A DNA stretch of 41,450 nucleotides from Bacillota bacterium (GTDB lineage Bacteria > Bacillota > Clostridia > Lachnospirales > Bianqueaceae): contig JAFVHC010000024.1 of the NCBI GenBank assembly GCA_017474705.1, positions 1 to 41,450 on the forward strand, written 5' to 3'. Both the position numbers and the translations under genes were made by a program. Below, piece by piece: positions 34,373-41,450 of the stretch (positions are counted from its first letter, which is position 1; each line of letters begins with the position of its first letter). Below the pieces are notes generated by a model. That model was not told the origin of the DNA, ran no database searches, and saw only the letters and a list, made by a program, of their open reading frames with translations.

Positions 34373-35194
34373 ATGCTGGAATTACAACACCTGGAATACC
34401 TGACCGTCATCGCGGAAGAAGGAACCATGTCCGCCGCTGCTGAGCGGCTGCATCTCTCGCAGCCTGCTCTGTCCCGCTCCATGCAGCGGCTCGAAGCATC
34501 CCTGGGCCTTTCCTTGTTCGACCGCGGTAAAAATCGCGTGGAACTGAACGAAGCCGGGCTCCTGGCGGTCGCACATGCCAAGGCCGTGCTTTCCGTCGCC
34601 GATGAAATGGAACAGCGCATGGAAGATTATAAAAGAAGCCTGACGACCATCACCATCGGCTCCTGCGCTCCTGGTCCGCTCTGGCAGTTGACGCCGGAGA
34701 TCTCGGGCCGTTTTCCCGGCATGACTCTGTCTACATATTTGAAGGAAAACAGTTTGTTGGACGACCTGAAAAAGGACGTCTGTCAGATCGCCATTCTGGA
34801 TCATCCCGTGGATGAGGCCGGGCTGATCTGCCGGCCTTACGTCGCGGAATCTCTGTCCATTCTGTTGCCCAAGCACCATCCTTTGGCTTCCAAAAGCGGA
34901 CTGTACTTGTCCGATCTCGACGGGATCACGATGCTGGTCTATGCGCATCTTGGCATCTGGCAGAAGCTCCATGATGAGAAAATGCAGCAGATCCACTTTA
35001 TCGTCCAGCATGACCGCGCCGCATTCAACGACCTGATCTCAGCTTCGCAGCTGCCCTGTTTTTCCACCAATCTGACGATACAGTTTTCCAATGCCGCAGA
35101 AAACCGTACTGCAGTCCCCATCCTGGATCCGGAGGCCGAGATCCGGTTCTACCTGTGCGCAAAGAAAAAGAATCGTAAATATTTAGAAGCATAA
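34373..35194 (+). CDS. LysR-family transcriptional regulator
   Basis: 273 aa. The N-terminal wHTH is LEYLTVIAEEGTMSAAAERLHLSQPALSRSMQRLEASLGLSLFDR. It is divergent from the flavodoxin-like operon. Confidence 0.88.
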   Translation: MLELQHLEYLTVIAEEGTMSAAAERLHLSQPALSRSMQRLEASLGLSLFDRGKNRVELNEAGLLAVAHAKAVLSVADEMEQRMEDYKRSLTTITIGSCAPGPLWQLTPEISGRFPGMTLSTYLKENSLLDDLKKDVCQIAILDHPVDEAGLICRPYVAESLSILLPKHHPLASKSGLYLSDLDGITMLVYAHLGIWQKLHDEKMQQIHFIVQHDRAAFNDLISASQLPCFSTNLTIQFSNAAENRTAVPILDPEAEIRFYLCAKKKNRKYLEA

Positions 35195-35196
35195 AA

Positions 35197-35237
35197 GGCT
35201 CAAACAGGCCATCTTCCGGTCTGTCTGAGCCTTTTTT
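35197..35237. terminator. bidirectional terminator between lysR and the convergent reductase operon
   Basis: GGCUCAAACAGGCC-N7-GGUCUGUCUGAGCC (14 bp with one wobble and one mismatch), followed by UUUUUUCGC. Confidence 0.75.
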
Positions 35238-35250
35238 CGCTTTTTCTCTT

Positions 35251-35823
35251 TTATTCTCCCAGCAGTTTGCGTCCGTCGCGCCATGCCTGTCCTGCCTGCG
35301 CGCCGGTCACATAGTAGCCAGCCTGGAACTGATCGAAGATCAGAGCATTCAATTTGCTGATCTCGACCTTACCGTTCTCGTTCAGGACTTTCTCATCGAC
35401 GCTCGTGTTGATGATGCGGCCGATCACGGCATGTACGTTCTCCGTCTCGACGATCTCCGCCAGTTCACACTCCATGCAGACGGGGAATTCTTCGATGATC
35501 GGAGCGTTCACCTTTTCGCTCTTGGTGGCCGTCAGTCCGCTCTTCGCAAACTTATCCGGCGTCTTGTTGCCGGTCGCGATGCCGAGATAATCCGCCTCCG
35601 CCAAGTGATCCTGATCCGCCAGGCTGACTGTGAAGGCCTTGGTGGCGCGGATGTTCTGCGTCGTTTTGTGCTCCTCATCAATGAACAGTGCGATCTCATG
35701 ATAACCGCAGATCATGCCCCAGGCCGCGTTCATGGCACAGGGTACGCCGTTTTCATCGTAGGCAGCGACGATCAATACGGGCATCGGATAAACAGCCCCA
35801 AGATTTCCAAGATCTTTTCTCAT
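35251..35823 (-). CDS. flavin reductase-like (FMN-binding split-barrel) protein
   Basis: 190 aa. The sequence AVYPMPVLIVAAYDENGVPCAMNAAWG is typical of the family. Confidence 0.75.
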   Translation of the reverse strand: MRKDLGNLGAVYPMPVLIVAAYDENGVPCAMNAAWGMICGYHEIALFIDEEHKTTQNIRATKAFTVSLADQDHLAEADYLGIATGNKTPDKFAKSGLTATKSEKVNAPIIEEFPVCMECELAEIVETENVHAVIGRIINTSVDEKVLNENGKVEISKLNALIFDQFQAGYYVTGAQAGQAWRDGRKLLGE

Positions 35824-35841
35824 GATCCTTTCTCCTTTCGT

Positions 35842-36663
35842 TCAATATACGGTCCCGGAGGACAGATCCGCAAACTTTTCTGCTTCGTCGATCCGGCCTT
35901 TGGCAGTGGTGACCACCGCGTTCACCGCGTCGGCACCCAGCAGCAGACGGAACGGTGCCTCTTCCGCATATGCCATCTGATAGACCAGCGCGCCGGCCTT
36001 CATCGGATCGCCCGGCTGCAGACGCTTGTTGACCGCGTTCGCGTTTTTCCAGGTGGAATCCTTATAGGCATCGATCGTAAGCGGGGCGCTCTTGAGCGCT
36101 TCGTCATAGAAGTGAGTGCGGAAGGAACCCGGCTCGATGACCATGACACGAATGCCTAAGGGGGCCAGTTCCTTGCACAAGCCATCGGTCAGCAGATCCA
36201 GCGCCGCCTTGGAGGAAGCATAATAGCCGGAGCCGATGGCGGACCGCTCCGCCGCGATACTGGTCGTGTTCATGATAACACCGGAACCTTGTGCGCGCAA
36301 GTAGGGCAGCACTTCCTTGATCAGCCAGATCGGGCCAAAGAGGTTCGTCTCATACAGTTCACGGATCGCGGCCTCTTCGCCTTCTTCAACGGAAGAGCGA
36401 TAGCCATGACCGGCATTATTGACCAGCACATCGATGGAGCCGAACTTCTCGATGGCCTGGGCCACCACGTTCTTCATCTGCGCACGATCGGCCATGTCCA
36501 AAGTAACAGCCAGGCAGGTCTGCGGATACTCCGCCGCGATCGCTTCCAGTTTCTCCATGCTCCGGGCCGTAATGACAGCGTTGTCACCATTGGAAAGCAC
36601 GGCCCGTGCGATCCCTTCTCCAATACCGCCGGCACTCGCGCCGGTGATAATCCATGTTTTCAT
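35842..36663 (-). CDS. SDR-family oxidoreductase
   Basis: 273 aa. Motifs: TGASAGGIGEG (TGxxxGxG), NNAG, YASSKAAL (YxxxK). Confidence 0.88.
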   Translation of the reverse strand: MKTWIITGASAGGIGEGIARAVLSNGDNAVITARSMEKLEAIAAEYPQTCLAVTLDMADRAQMKNVVAQAIEKFGSIDVLVNNAGHGYRSSVEEGEEAAIRELYETNLFGPIWLIKEVLPYLRAQGSGVIMNTTSIAAERSAIGSGYYASSKAALDLLTDGLCKELAPLGIRVMVIEPGSFRTHFYDEALKSAPLTIDAYKDSTWKNANAVNKRLQPGDPMKAGALVYQMAYAEEAPFRLLLGADAVNAVVTTAKGRIDEAEKFADLSSGTVY

Positions 36664-36679
36664 AGAAAACCTCCTTTTC

Positions 36680-37042
36680 TTAGTGAACGAGCGCCGTAAA
36701 TGTAAACTGGATCAGTTTCCATGCTCCATCCCTGTTCTGGAACACTTCAGTCGTCATAAAATGATGCGTTGTCTCATGTCCGCCAAGCAGCAGGCTGTAA
36801 TCTACATCCGTCAAACAGATGGCGGTATCACCCCACTCTTTGACTTCCTGACCGTGGATCGCGATCACTGTCGGCTGAAAGATCTTTCGTTCAAATGCAG
36901 CCATTTCTTCATCCAACCCGCAATTCGCCCCAATGTGCACGAAAAAGCAATCCGGATCGCATACTGCCCGCATTCCGGCCGTATCTGCCGCTTCTAAAGC
37001 TTTCCAGAATCTCTGAGACTGTTCAAGAATGATCTCTTTCAT
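36680..37042 (-). CDS. NTF2-like / SnoaL-DUF4440-type small protein
   Basis: 120 aa. The call rests on size and a pattern consistent with the NTF2 fold (FWKALEAADTAGMRAV...WKLIQFTFT). Confidence 0.55.
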   Translation of the reverse strand: MKEIILEQSQRFWKALEAADTAGMRAVCDPDCFFVHIGANCGLDEEMAAFERKIFQPTVIAIHGQEVKEWGDTAICLTDVDYSLLLGGHETTHHFMTTEVFQNRDGAWKLIQFTFTALVH

Positions 37043-37063
37043 GGGCTTTCTCTTTTCTATTTT

Positions 37064-37924
37064 TTAGTTCAAAACTCTGCGGTTCAGGAACTGTACCAGT
37101 TTCGGGTCAAAATGATCGATGATCTCGCTGTGATCCAATGATAATGCGCTGATCTTTGCCATTTCCTCATCTGTCAGTTCAAAATCCAGCACATCGATGT
37201 TCTGCTGCATGCGTTCCACATGCGTGGATTTCGGAATGATGATCACGCCGCGCTGTACATTCCAACGCAGGACGACCTGTGCCGCGCTTTTCCCATACTT
37301 TGCACCGATCGCGGTGAGCATGGGATCCGTGAAGATCCCGTGCTTCCCTTCAGCGAGGGGTGCCCAGGCTTCTGGGATGACACCATATTCCTTCATGATC
37401 TCCAATGCTTCAGGCTGCGCGAAGAAGGGGTGGAGTTCCACCTGATTGACCGCGGGTTTGATCTCTACGTTTTCACAGAAATTGACCAGTATCGACGGAA
37501 AGAAGTTGCAGACCCCGATGGCCTTCAAAATGCCTTCTTTATAGGCTTCTTCCATCGCATGCCATGCGCCGAAATAATCCCCCATAGGCTGATGCTCCAG
37601 ATACAGATCCAGGTAGTCCAGGCCGAGTTTATCCAAGGAACGACGGATCGCAGTTTTAGCTTTCTCATAGCTGGCATCGGTGACCCAGAGCTTCGTGGTG
37701 ATAAACAGTTCCTCACGTGTGACGATGCCTTGATCGATCGCCTCCCGGATCGCGGCGCCGACAGCTTCTTCATTGCCATAACTGGCCGCGGTATCGATCA
37801 GTCGGTATCCCGTTTTGATCGCATCAAGCACTACACGCTTGCATTCCTCAGCATCCGGGATCTGAAATACACCAAACCCTATCTTTGGGATCTGCGCTCC
37901 CGTGTTTAATGTCGTATATTCCAT
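37064..37924 (-). CDS. aldo/keto reductase
   Basis: Trimmed to MEYTTLNTGAQIPKIGFGVFQIP (the ATG at 37924 follows AAGGAGG). Blocks seen: IDTAASYGNEEAVG, LDYLDLYLEHQP. Confidence 0.88.
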   Translation of the reverse strand: MEYTTLNTGAQIPKIGFGVFQIPDAEECKRVVLDAIKTGYRLIDTAASYGNEEAVGAAIREAIDQGIVTREELFITTKLWVTDASYEKAKTAIRRSLDKLGLDYLDLYLEHQPMGDYFGAWHAMEEAYKEGILKAIGVCNFFPSILVNFCENVEIKPAVNQVELHPFFAQPEALEIMKEYGVIPEAWAPLAEGKHGIFTDPMLTAIGAKYGKSAAQVVLRWNVQRGVIIIPKSTHVERMQQNIDVLDFELTDEEMAKISALSLDHSEIIDHFDPKLVQFLNRRVLN

Positions 37925-38039
37925 CGATCGTGTCCTCCTTGTTTTTTTCTTGATTCTATAATATGATAAGACAAGGAAAAAGTACAATGCCGATTCAGTC
38001 TTTTTCTATAACATAATGTAATAGCAAGGAGATGCTTCC

Positions 38040-39566
38040 ATGCGTAATGTGATCCTGATCGTCTGTGATCAGCTGCGACCGGACTACCTGCCCTGCTACG
38101 GCGCTGATCATATCTCCATGCCTAACCTGGCTGCTTTGGCCACAGACGGCTGCGTCTACACGAATGCCATCACCGCTTCCACGGTCTGTGCACCGGCCCG
38201 CGCCTCCATCATGACCGGGCTTCCTGTCTCCGCGCACGGTGCCTGGACCAACGATATCCCCGTCAAAGAAGGCATCACCTACCTGCCGGAGCGATTGAAC
38301 CAACTGGGTGTCCTGACCGCCGCCGTGGGCTGTTATGACCATGCCCCACGCGGAAACACCATCGGATATCAGTACTTCCATCCGCTGATCGATGGCAGGA
38401 ACAACGAACATCTGACCTTGTTGAAAGAAAAGCATTCCGAGGCCACGACATCTTACATGGCTGATGGCCTGCAATTCAAATATACCGAACCGGAGCACTA
38501 TGACCGTTGGGCTTGCGACCAGGCCTGCCGGTTCCTGGAAATGCCCAAAGACCGGCCATTCTTCCTGTACTGCGGCTTCCTGGAGCCCCACGGGCCCTAT
38601 CTGCCCCCCAAAGAGATGCGCGGCCGCATCGACCTGGACAAGGTCCCGGAGCCCTGGACCCAGACCCGCACCGACATTCCATCCGTGGAGCAGTACCGCC
38701 ACGCTTTCATCAATCCGACACCTGCCCTTTCCCCGGAGCTGGACCCGGAAGGTGCAAAGCAAGTGCAAGAGCTGCGGCGCAAAGAACGCCTGGCTTACTG
38801 CGAAATGATCTGTGAGATCGACGACCTGGTCGGCCGGATCATATCCACCTTGAAAGCCACTGGGCAATATGAAGATACCACGATCATTTTCACCGCCGAC
38901 CATGGCAGCATGGAATTCGATCTGGGCGTAGATACCAAGGGTCCCTGGCCGTACACGCCGCAGTTGTTCATCCCCATGATCATCGCGAACGCACCGGGAC
39001 TGGAGCCGGGTAGCCGTTCTGACATCCTCTGCGGGAACCGTGATGTCGGCGCCACCGTGCTTGATCTCATGGATGACTGCAATCCCTTTGGCCTGTCTCG
39101 TTCCATGATCGGAATGGTCCAGGGTTCAGTGCCGCGACGCGAGGTCAACTTCAGCGAATTCAATGACAGTGTAAAGACGGCCGTCGACGATCGTTACACC
39201 TTCTCCTACTACCCCTTCACCGGCGTCATGACCTTGTTCGATCGCATCGCCGACCCGCATTTCCAGAAAGATTTGAGCAAAGGCCCGTCCTTTGCTTCGA
39301 CGGTCCAATACTTCTTATCCAAGGTCATCGACTTCATGGTCGTCAGCAAGGGTGTCCGCATCGAGGCCCATGATCTGACACCGGAAGTGCGTTCGGGTAT
39401 CGAGCAGATGGCGCCGCACTTCATGGATGATTTCGAGATCTGCTACCCACTGTCTCATCCGGAGCAGGTGGACCGCGTCAAAGCCCAGGGTCTGGATGGG
39501 GATTACAATGAATTCTGTAAAGATCGGCCCATCAAGGCACATTACGGAGTCTACTGGGAATCATAG
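38040..39566 (+). CDS. Cys-type sulfatase (formylglycine-dependent), cytoplasmic
   Basis: 508 aa. The N-terminus is MRNVILIVCDQLRPDY. The sulfatase signature is STVCAPARASIMTG (C-x-P-x-R). No signal peptide. The minus ORF 37995..38903 is an antisense shadow. Confidence 0.85.
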   Translation: MRNVILIVCDQLRPDYLPCYGADHISMPNLAALATDGCVYTNAITASTVCAPARASIMTGLPVSAHGAWTNDIPVKEGITYLPERLNQLGVLTAAVGCYDHAPRGNTIGYQYFHPLIDGRNNEHLTLLKEKHSEATTSYMADGLQFKYTEPEHYDRWACDQACRFLEMPKDRPFFLYCGFLEPHGPYLPPKEMRGRIDLDKVPEPWTQTRTDIPSVEQYRHAFINPTPALSPELDPEGAKQVQELRRKERLAYCEMICEIDDLVGRIISTLKATGQYEDTTIIFTADHGSMEFDLGVDTKGPWPYTPQLFIPMIIANAPGLEPGSRSDILCGNRDVGATVLDLMDDCNPFGLSRSMIGMVQGSVPRREVNFSEFNDSVKTAVDDRYTFSYYPFTGVMTLFDRIADPHFQKDLSKGPSFASTVQYFLSKVIDFMVVSKGVRIEAHDLTPEVRSGIEQMAPHFMDDFEICYPLSHPEQVDRVKAQGLDGDYNEFCKDRPIKAHYGVYWES

Positions 39567-39658
39567 GAATCCCTCTTGAAAATGCTACCGGCGGTAGCAG
39601 ATATGCCGCACTGATTCCTCTACAATCAGGGTATCACAACCACATGAGGGAGGAAGGC

Positions 39659-40171
39659 ATGATGAATGAACGTATGATTTTTCTGGACATCGACGGTGTG
39701 CTGAACAACATCGCCACCCGCGAACGGTCCAACAACGGTATGATCGGGATCGATCCCGCCAAAGTGCAGCTGCTCAAGGAGATCAAGGACCAGACAGGTG
39801 CCCGGATCGTCCTCACTTCCACCTGGCGCAATGAGTGGGAGCCGGATTATGAAAACTGCGGACTTGATGGAAAGTATCTCTCCAACAGCCTCACTTCGGG
39901 CGGCGTCGAGATCCATGATAAGATCCCCGGTCTGTCCGGCATCCACCGCGGCTCGGAGATCCGCCGCTACGCTAAAACGACCGGCTGCCGGTCCTTCATC
40001 GTCCTGGATGATGAAAAGTTCCCTGATTTCACCATCAGCGGCATTCGTGAGAAGGGTTCTCGTGCCAATTGGATCCGCACGCAGTTCTACACACAAAACG
40101 GCGGACTGCAGCCGGAACACGTCCAGGCGGCAGTCCGTCTGTTCCAACAGCAGGATCGATTACTGGAATAA
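39659..40171 (+). CDS. HAD-like domain protein
   Basis: Trimmed to MMNERMIFLDIDGVLNN (the ATG at 39659 follows GAGGGAGGAAGG). It has a DxDGV motif I and a later VLTSTWR. Confidence 0.55.
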   Translation: MMNERMIFLDIDGVLNNIATRERSNNGMIGIDPAKVQLLKEIKDQTGARIVLTSTWRNEWEPDYENCGLDGKYLSNSLTSGGVEIHDKIPGLSGIHRGSEIRRYAKTTGCRSFIVLDDEKFPDFTISGIREKGSRANWIRTQFYTQNGGLQPEHVQAAVRLFQQQDRLLE

Positions 40172-40182
40172 GGAATAAAGAT

Positions 40183-40221
40183 AGCTCCCGGATTTTGGTT
40201 TATTACCAATGTCCGGGAGCT
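40183..40221. terminator. perfect 10-bp hairpin between convergent genes (terminator-like)
   Basis: AGCTCCCGGA-N19-TCCGGGAGCT. On the minus strand it is followed by AUCUUUAUU. Confidence 0.45.
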
Positions 40222-40236
40222 TGTCCGTCTGGTCCT

Positions 40237-40602
40237 TCAATACTTCGTGATCAGAAATCTACAATGTTCTGCTCCGCGCAATATTGTTTCCAGGATCTCA
40301 ACCTCAAACATACTATTGGGTTCCAGGCAATTTAAAATATACAAAATGCTTTGTCTGCTGCAATTACACTGATCCGGATCAGTAACTTGGCCAGACTGTA
40401 CTTTGGGACAGGTGCATTTCTCGTATCCAAGTTCATAGACATGTCCGGGCTTGATCACTTTTCCAGAATATCCGTTTCCATTCATTGCTTCGCCGTAGAT
40501 TGTATCAAGATCACCACCACAGGACTCATACAACTTGATCTGTGCCGGAAGAACCGTGTCTCTTACACAGGTTACGGCCTGTTCATAATACTTGTCTTTC
40601 AT
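40237..40602 (-). CDS. small Cys-rich protein of unknown function
   Basis: 121 aa. Motifs: CTCP, CNCS, and a C-terminal RGAEHCRFLI. The coding region is AT-richer than the rest of the window. Confidence 0.5.
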   Translation of the reverse strand: MKDKYYEQAVTCVRDTVLPAQIKLYESCGGDLDTIYGEAMNGNGYSGKVIKPGHVYELGYEKCTCPKVQSGQVTDPDQCNCSRQSILYILNCLEPNSMFEVEILETILRGAEHCRFLITKY

Positions 40603-40694
40603 AAATCGTGCCCTTATCTACAAAGTTTGTACTTTGCATTCAAATCCGGATTTTCCGAGACATTAGTACCTGGGAAAGCATATGGTTATGGGAG

Positions 40695-41183
40695 TCATTC
40701 ACTCATGATCAATTCAGCAATTTGCTCAACAGTCAATTCACTGGTATCAATGACGTCTTTCATGGATGAGAAGTACTGCAATGAAGCCAGGCTGACTTCA
40801 AGCCATTGTTCCGTCCTCCATTCGCAATTGTGATCGTTCCTCCAGCGTTTGATCAATACTTCTCTTTCACATACTAGAGTGATGTTTTTTACTTCTGCCC
40901 GTAAAGCAGAAAGTCCATCCCGGATACGCCGGAGGACCCATTGATCATCCATCAGCCACACAAGCACGACCATTCTGCATTCGCTGCATTTCTGATAGTT
41001 GCCGATCATATGCAGAATATTGTCGATTGCCATAGCTTTTGTTTCACGATTCCCGACAAAAGGATGGATGTCCATACACCAATCACCGTCAATGAAAGCG
41101 GTCCCGGGATTTTTATCAGCAATGATTCTTCCTGTTACTGTTTTCCCGACCCCCATAGGCCCGTTTATGATGATTACTCTCAT
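40695..41183 (-). CDS. P-loop NTPase / AAA-type small kinase-like protein
   Basis: 162 aa. Walker A is NGPMGVGKT at the N-terminus. RBS is AGAGGAG. Confidence 0.65.
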   Translation of the reverse strand: MRVIIINGPMGVGKTVTGRIIADKNPGTAFIDGDWCMDIHPFVGNRETKAMAIDNILHMIGNYQKCSECRMVVLVWLMDDQWVLRRIRDGLSALRAEVKNITLVCEREVLIKRWRNDHNCEWRTEQWLEVSLASLQYFSSMKDVIDTSELTVEQIAELIMSE

Positions 41184-41265
41184 ATTAGTGAACTCCTCTG
41201 ATTTTTTCGTGCTTCATATGATTCGCGATCCTTCTCTTTTGCCCGCTAAGTTCCCATTTGTGAAA

Positions 41266-41450
41266 TTACATTCTCGGTTTTTGATCCAGTACGCGTTCGA
41301 GCGCGACCCAGCCCAGGTATTTTGGATGATCTCCGTTCAATGCCGTCAACTTTTCGATTGCCACATAGTCATCGATTCGAACCATGTCCCACGCATGAAT
41401 CACACGGCTATCCCCTAAACTTATGCCGCAATGTCCCCAGTTGACCGGGC
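41266..41450 (-). CDS. C-terminal fragment of an NlpC/P60 (C40)-like protein (5' end beyond window)
   Basis: My minus-strand translation is ...PVNWGHCGISLGDSRVIHAWDMVRIDDYVAIEKLTALNGDHPKYLGWVALERVLDQKPRM*. The H-x-G-I..G....IHA pattern resembles the NlpC/P60 His region. Confidence 0.4.
   Translation of the reverse strand, partial: PVNWGHCGISLGDSRVIHAWDMVRIDDYVAIEKLTALNGDHPKYLGWVALERVLDQKPRM

Overview
The window reads as a chromosomal segment from a Clostridia-class Firmicute. Support for this: AGGAGG-type RBSs, SigA-type TTGACA/TATAAT promoters, GC3-biased codons, and a SCIFF (scfA/scfB) locus, which is a Clostridia marker. The GC3 bias explains the many long stop-free antisense ORFs in the track, which I reject. 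I support about 42 protein-coding genes, most on the minus strand and many translationally coupled by TAATG or ATGA overlaps. Groups, in order: (i) a five-gene SCIFF operon, scfA, MFS, scfB, SAM methyltransferase, PLP decarboxylase (1-4237). (ii) MATE, SGNH, MerR, GNAT and MptD-type genes. (iii) A GGGtGRT/NifU-like pair. (iv) Scattered glycan-degrading enzymes that all lack signal peptides: GH32, GH2, GH31, GH3 with PA14, a beta-helix protein and a Cys-type sulfatase. (v) A SufC/SufB-like minimal Fe-S pair inside a glycosidase operon. (vi) Redox/detoxification operons flanking a LysR regulator. (vii) An AT-richer tail (about 40.2-41.45 kb) with a P-loop ATPase, a Cys-rich protein and an NlpC/P60 fragment. 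I recognised no rRNA, tRNA, transposase, integrase or cas gene. The most unusual signal is non-coding. A 745-bp gene-free gap (7728-8473) holds a seven-unit, strictly 52/53-bp tandem array of 12-bp stem-loops (8056-8432). On the minus strand these hairpins close with G.U wobbles (A.C mismatches on the plus strand), display Shine-Dalgarno-like purine loops, and are each followed by a U-run. Two further AT-rich, repeat-dense orphan intergenic islands lie at 5690-5935 and 30265-30471. Three genes (MATE, MptD-like, M24B aminopeptidase) each carry a single-base frameshift at a short G/C run. One locus (9670-9986) is a deletion scar with an orphaned consensus promoter. All functional calls rest on my own reading of motifs. 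No database search was possible.
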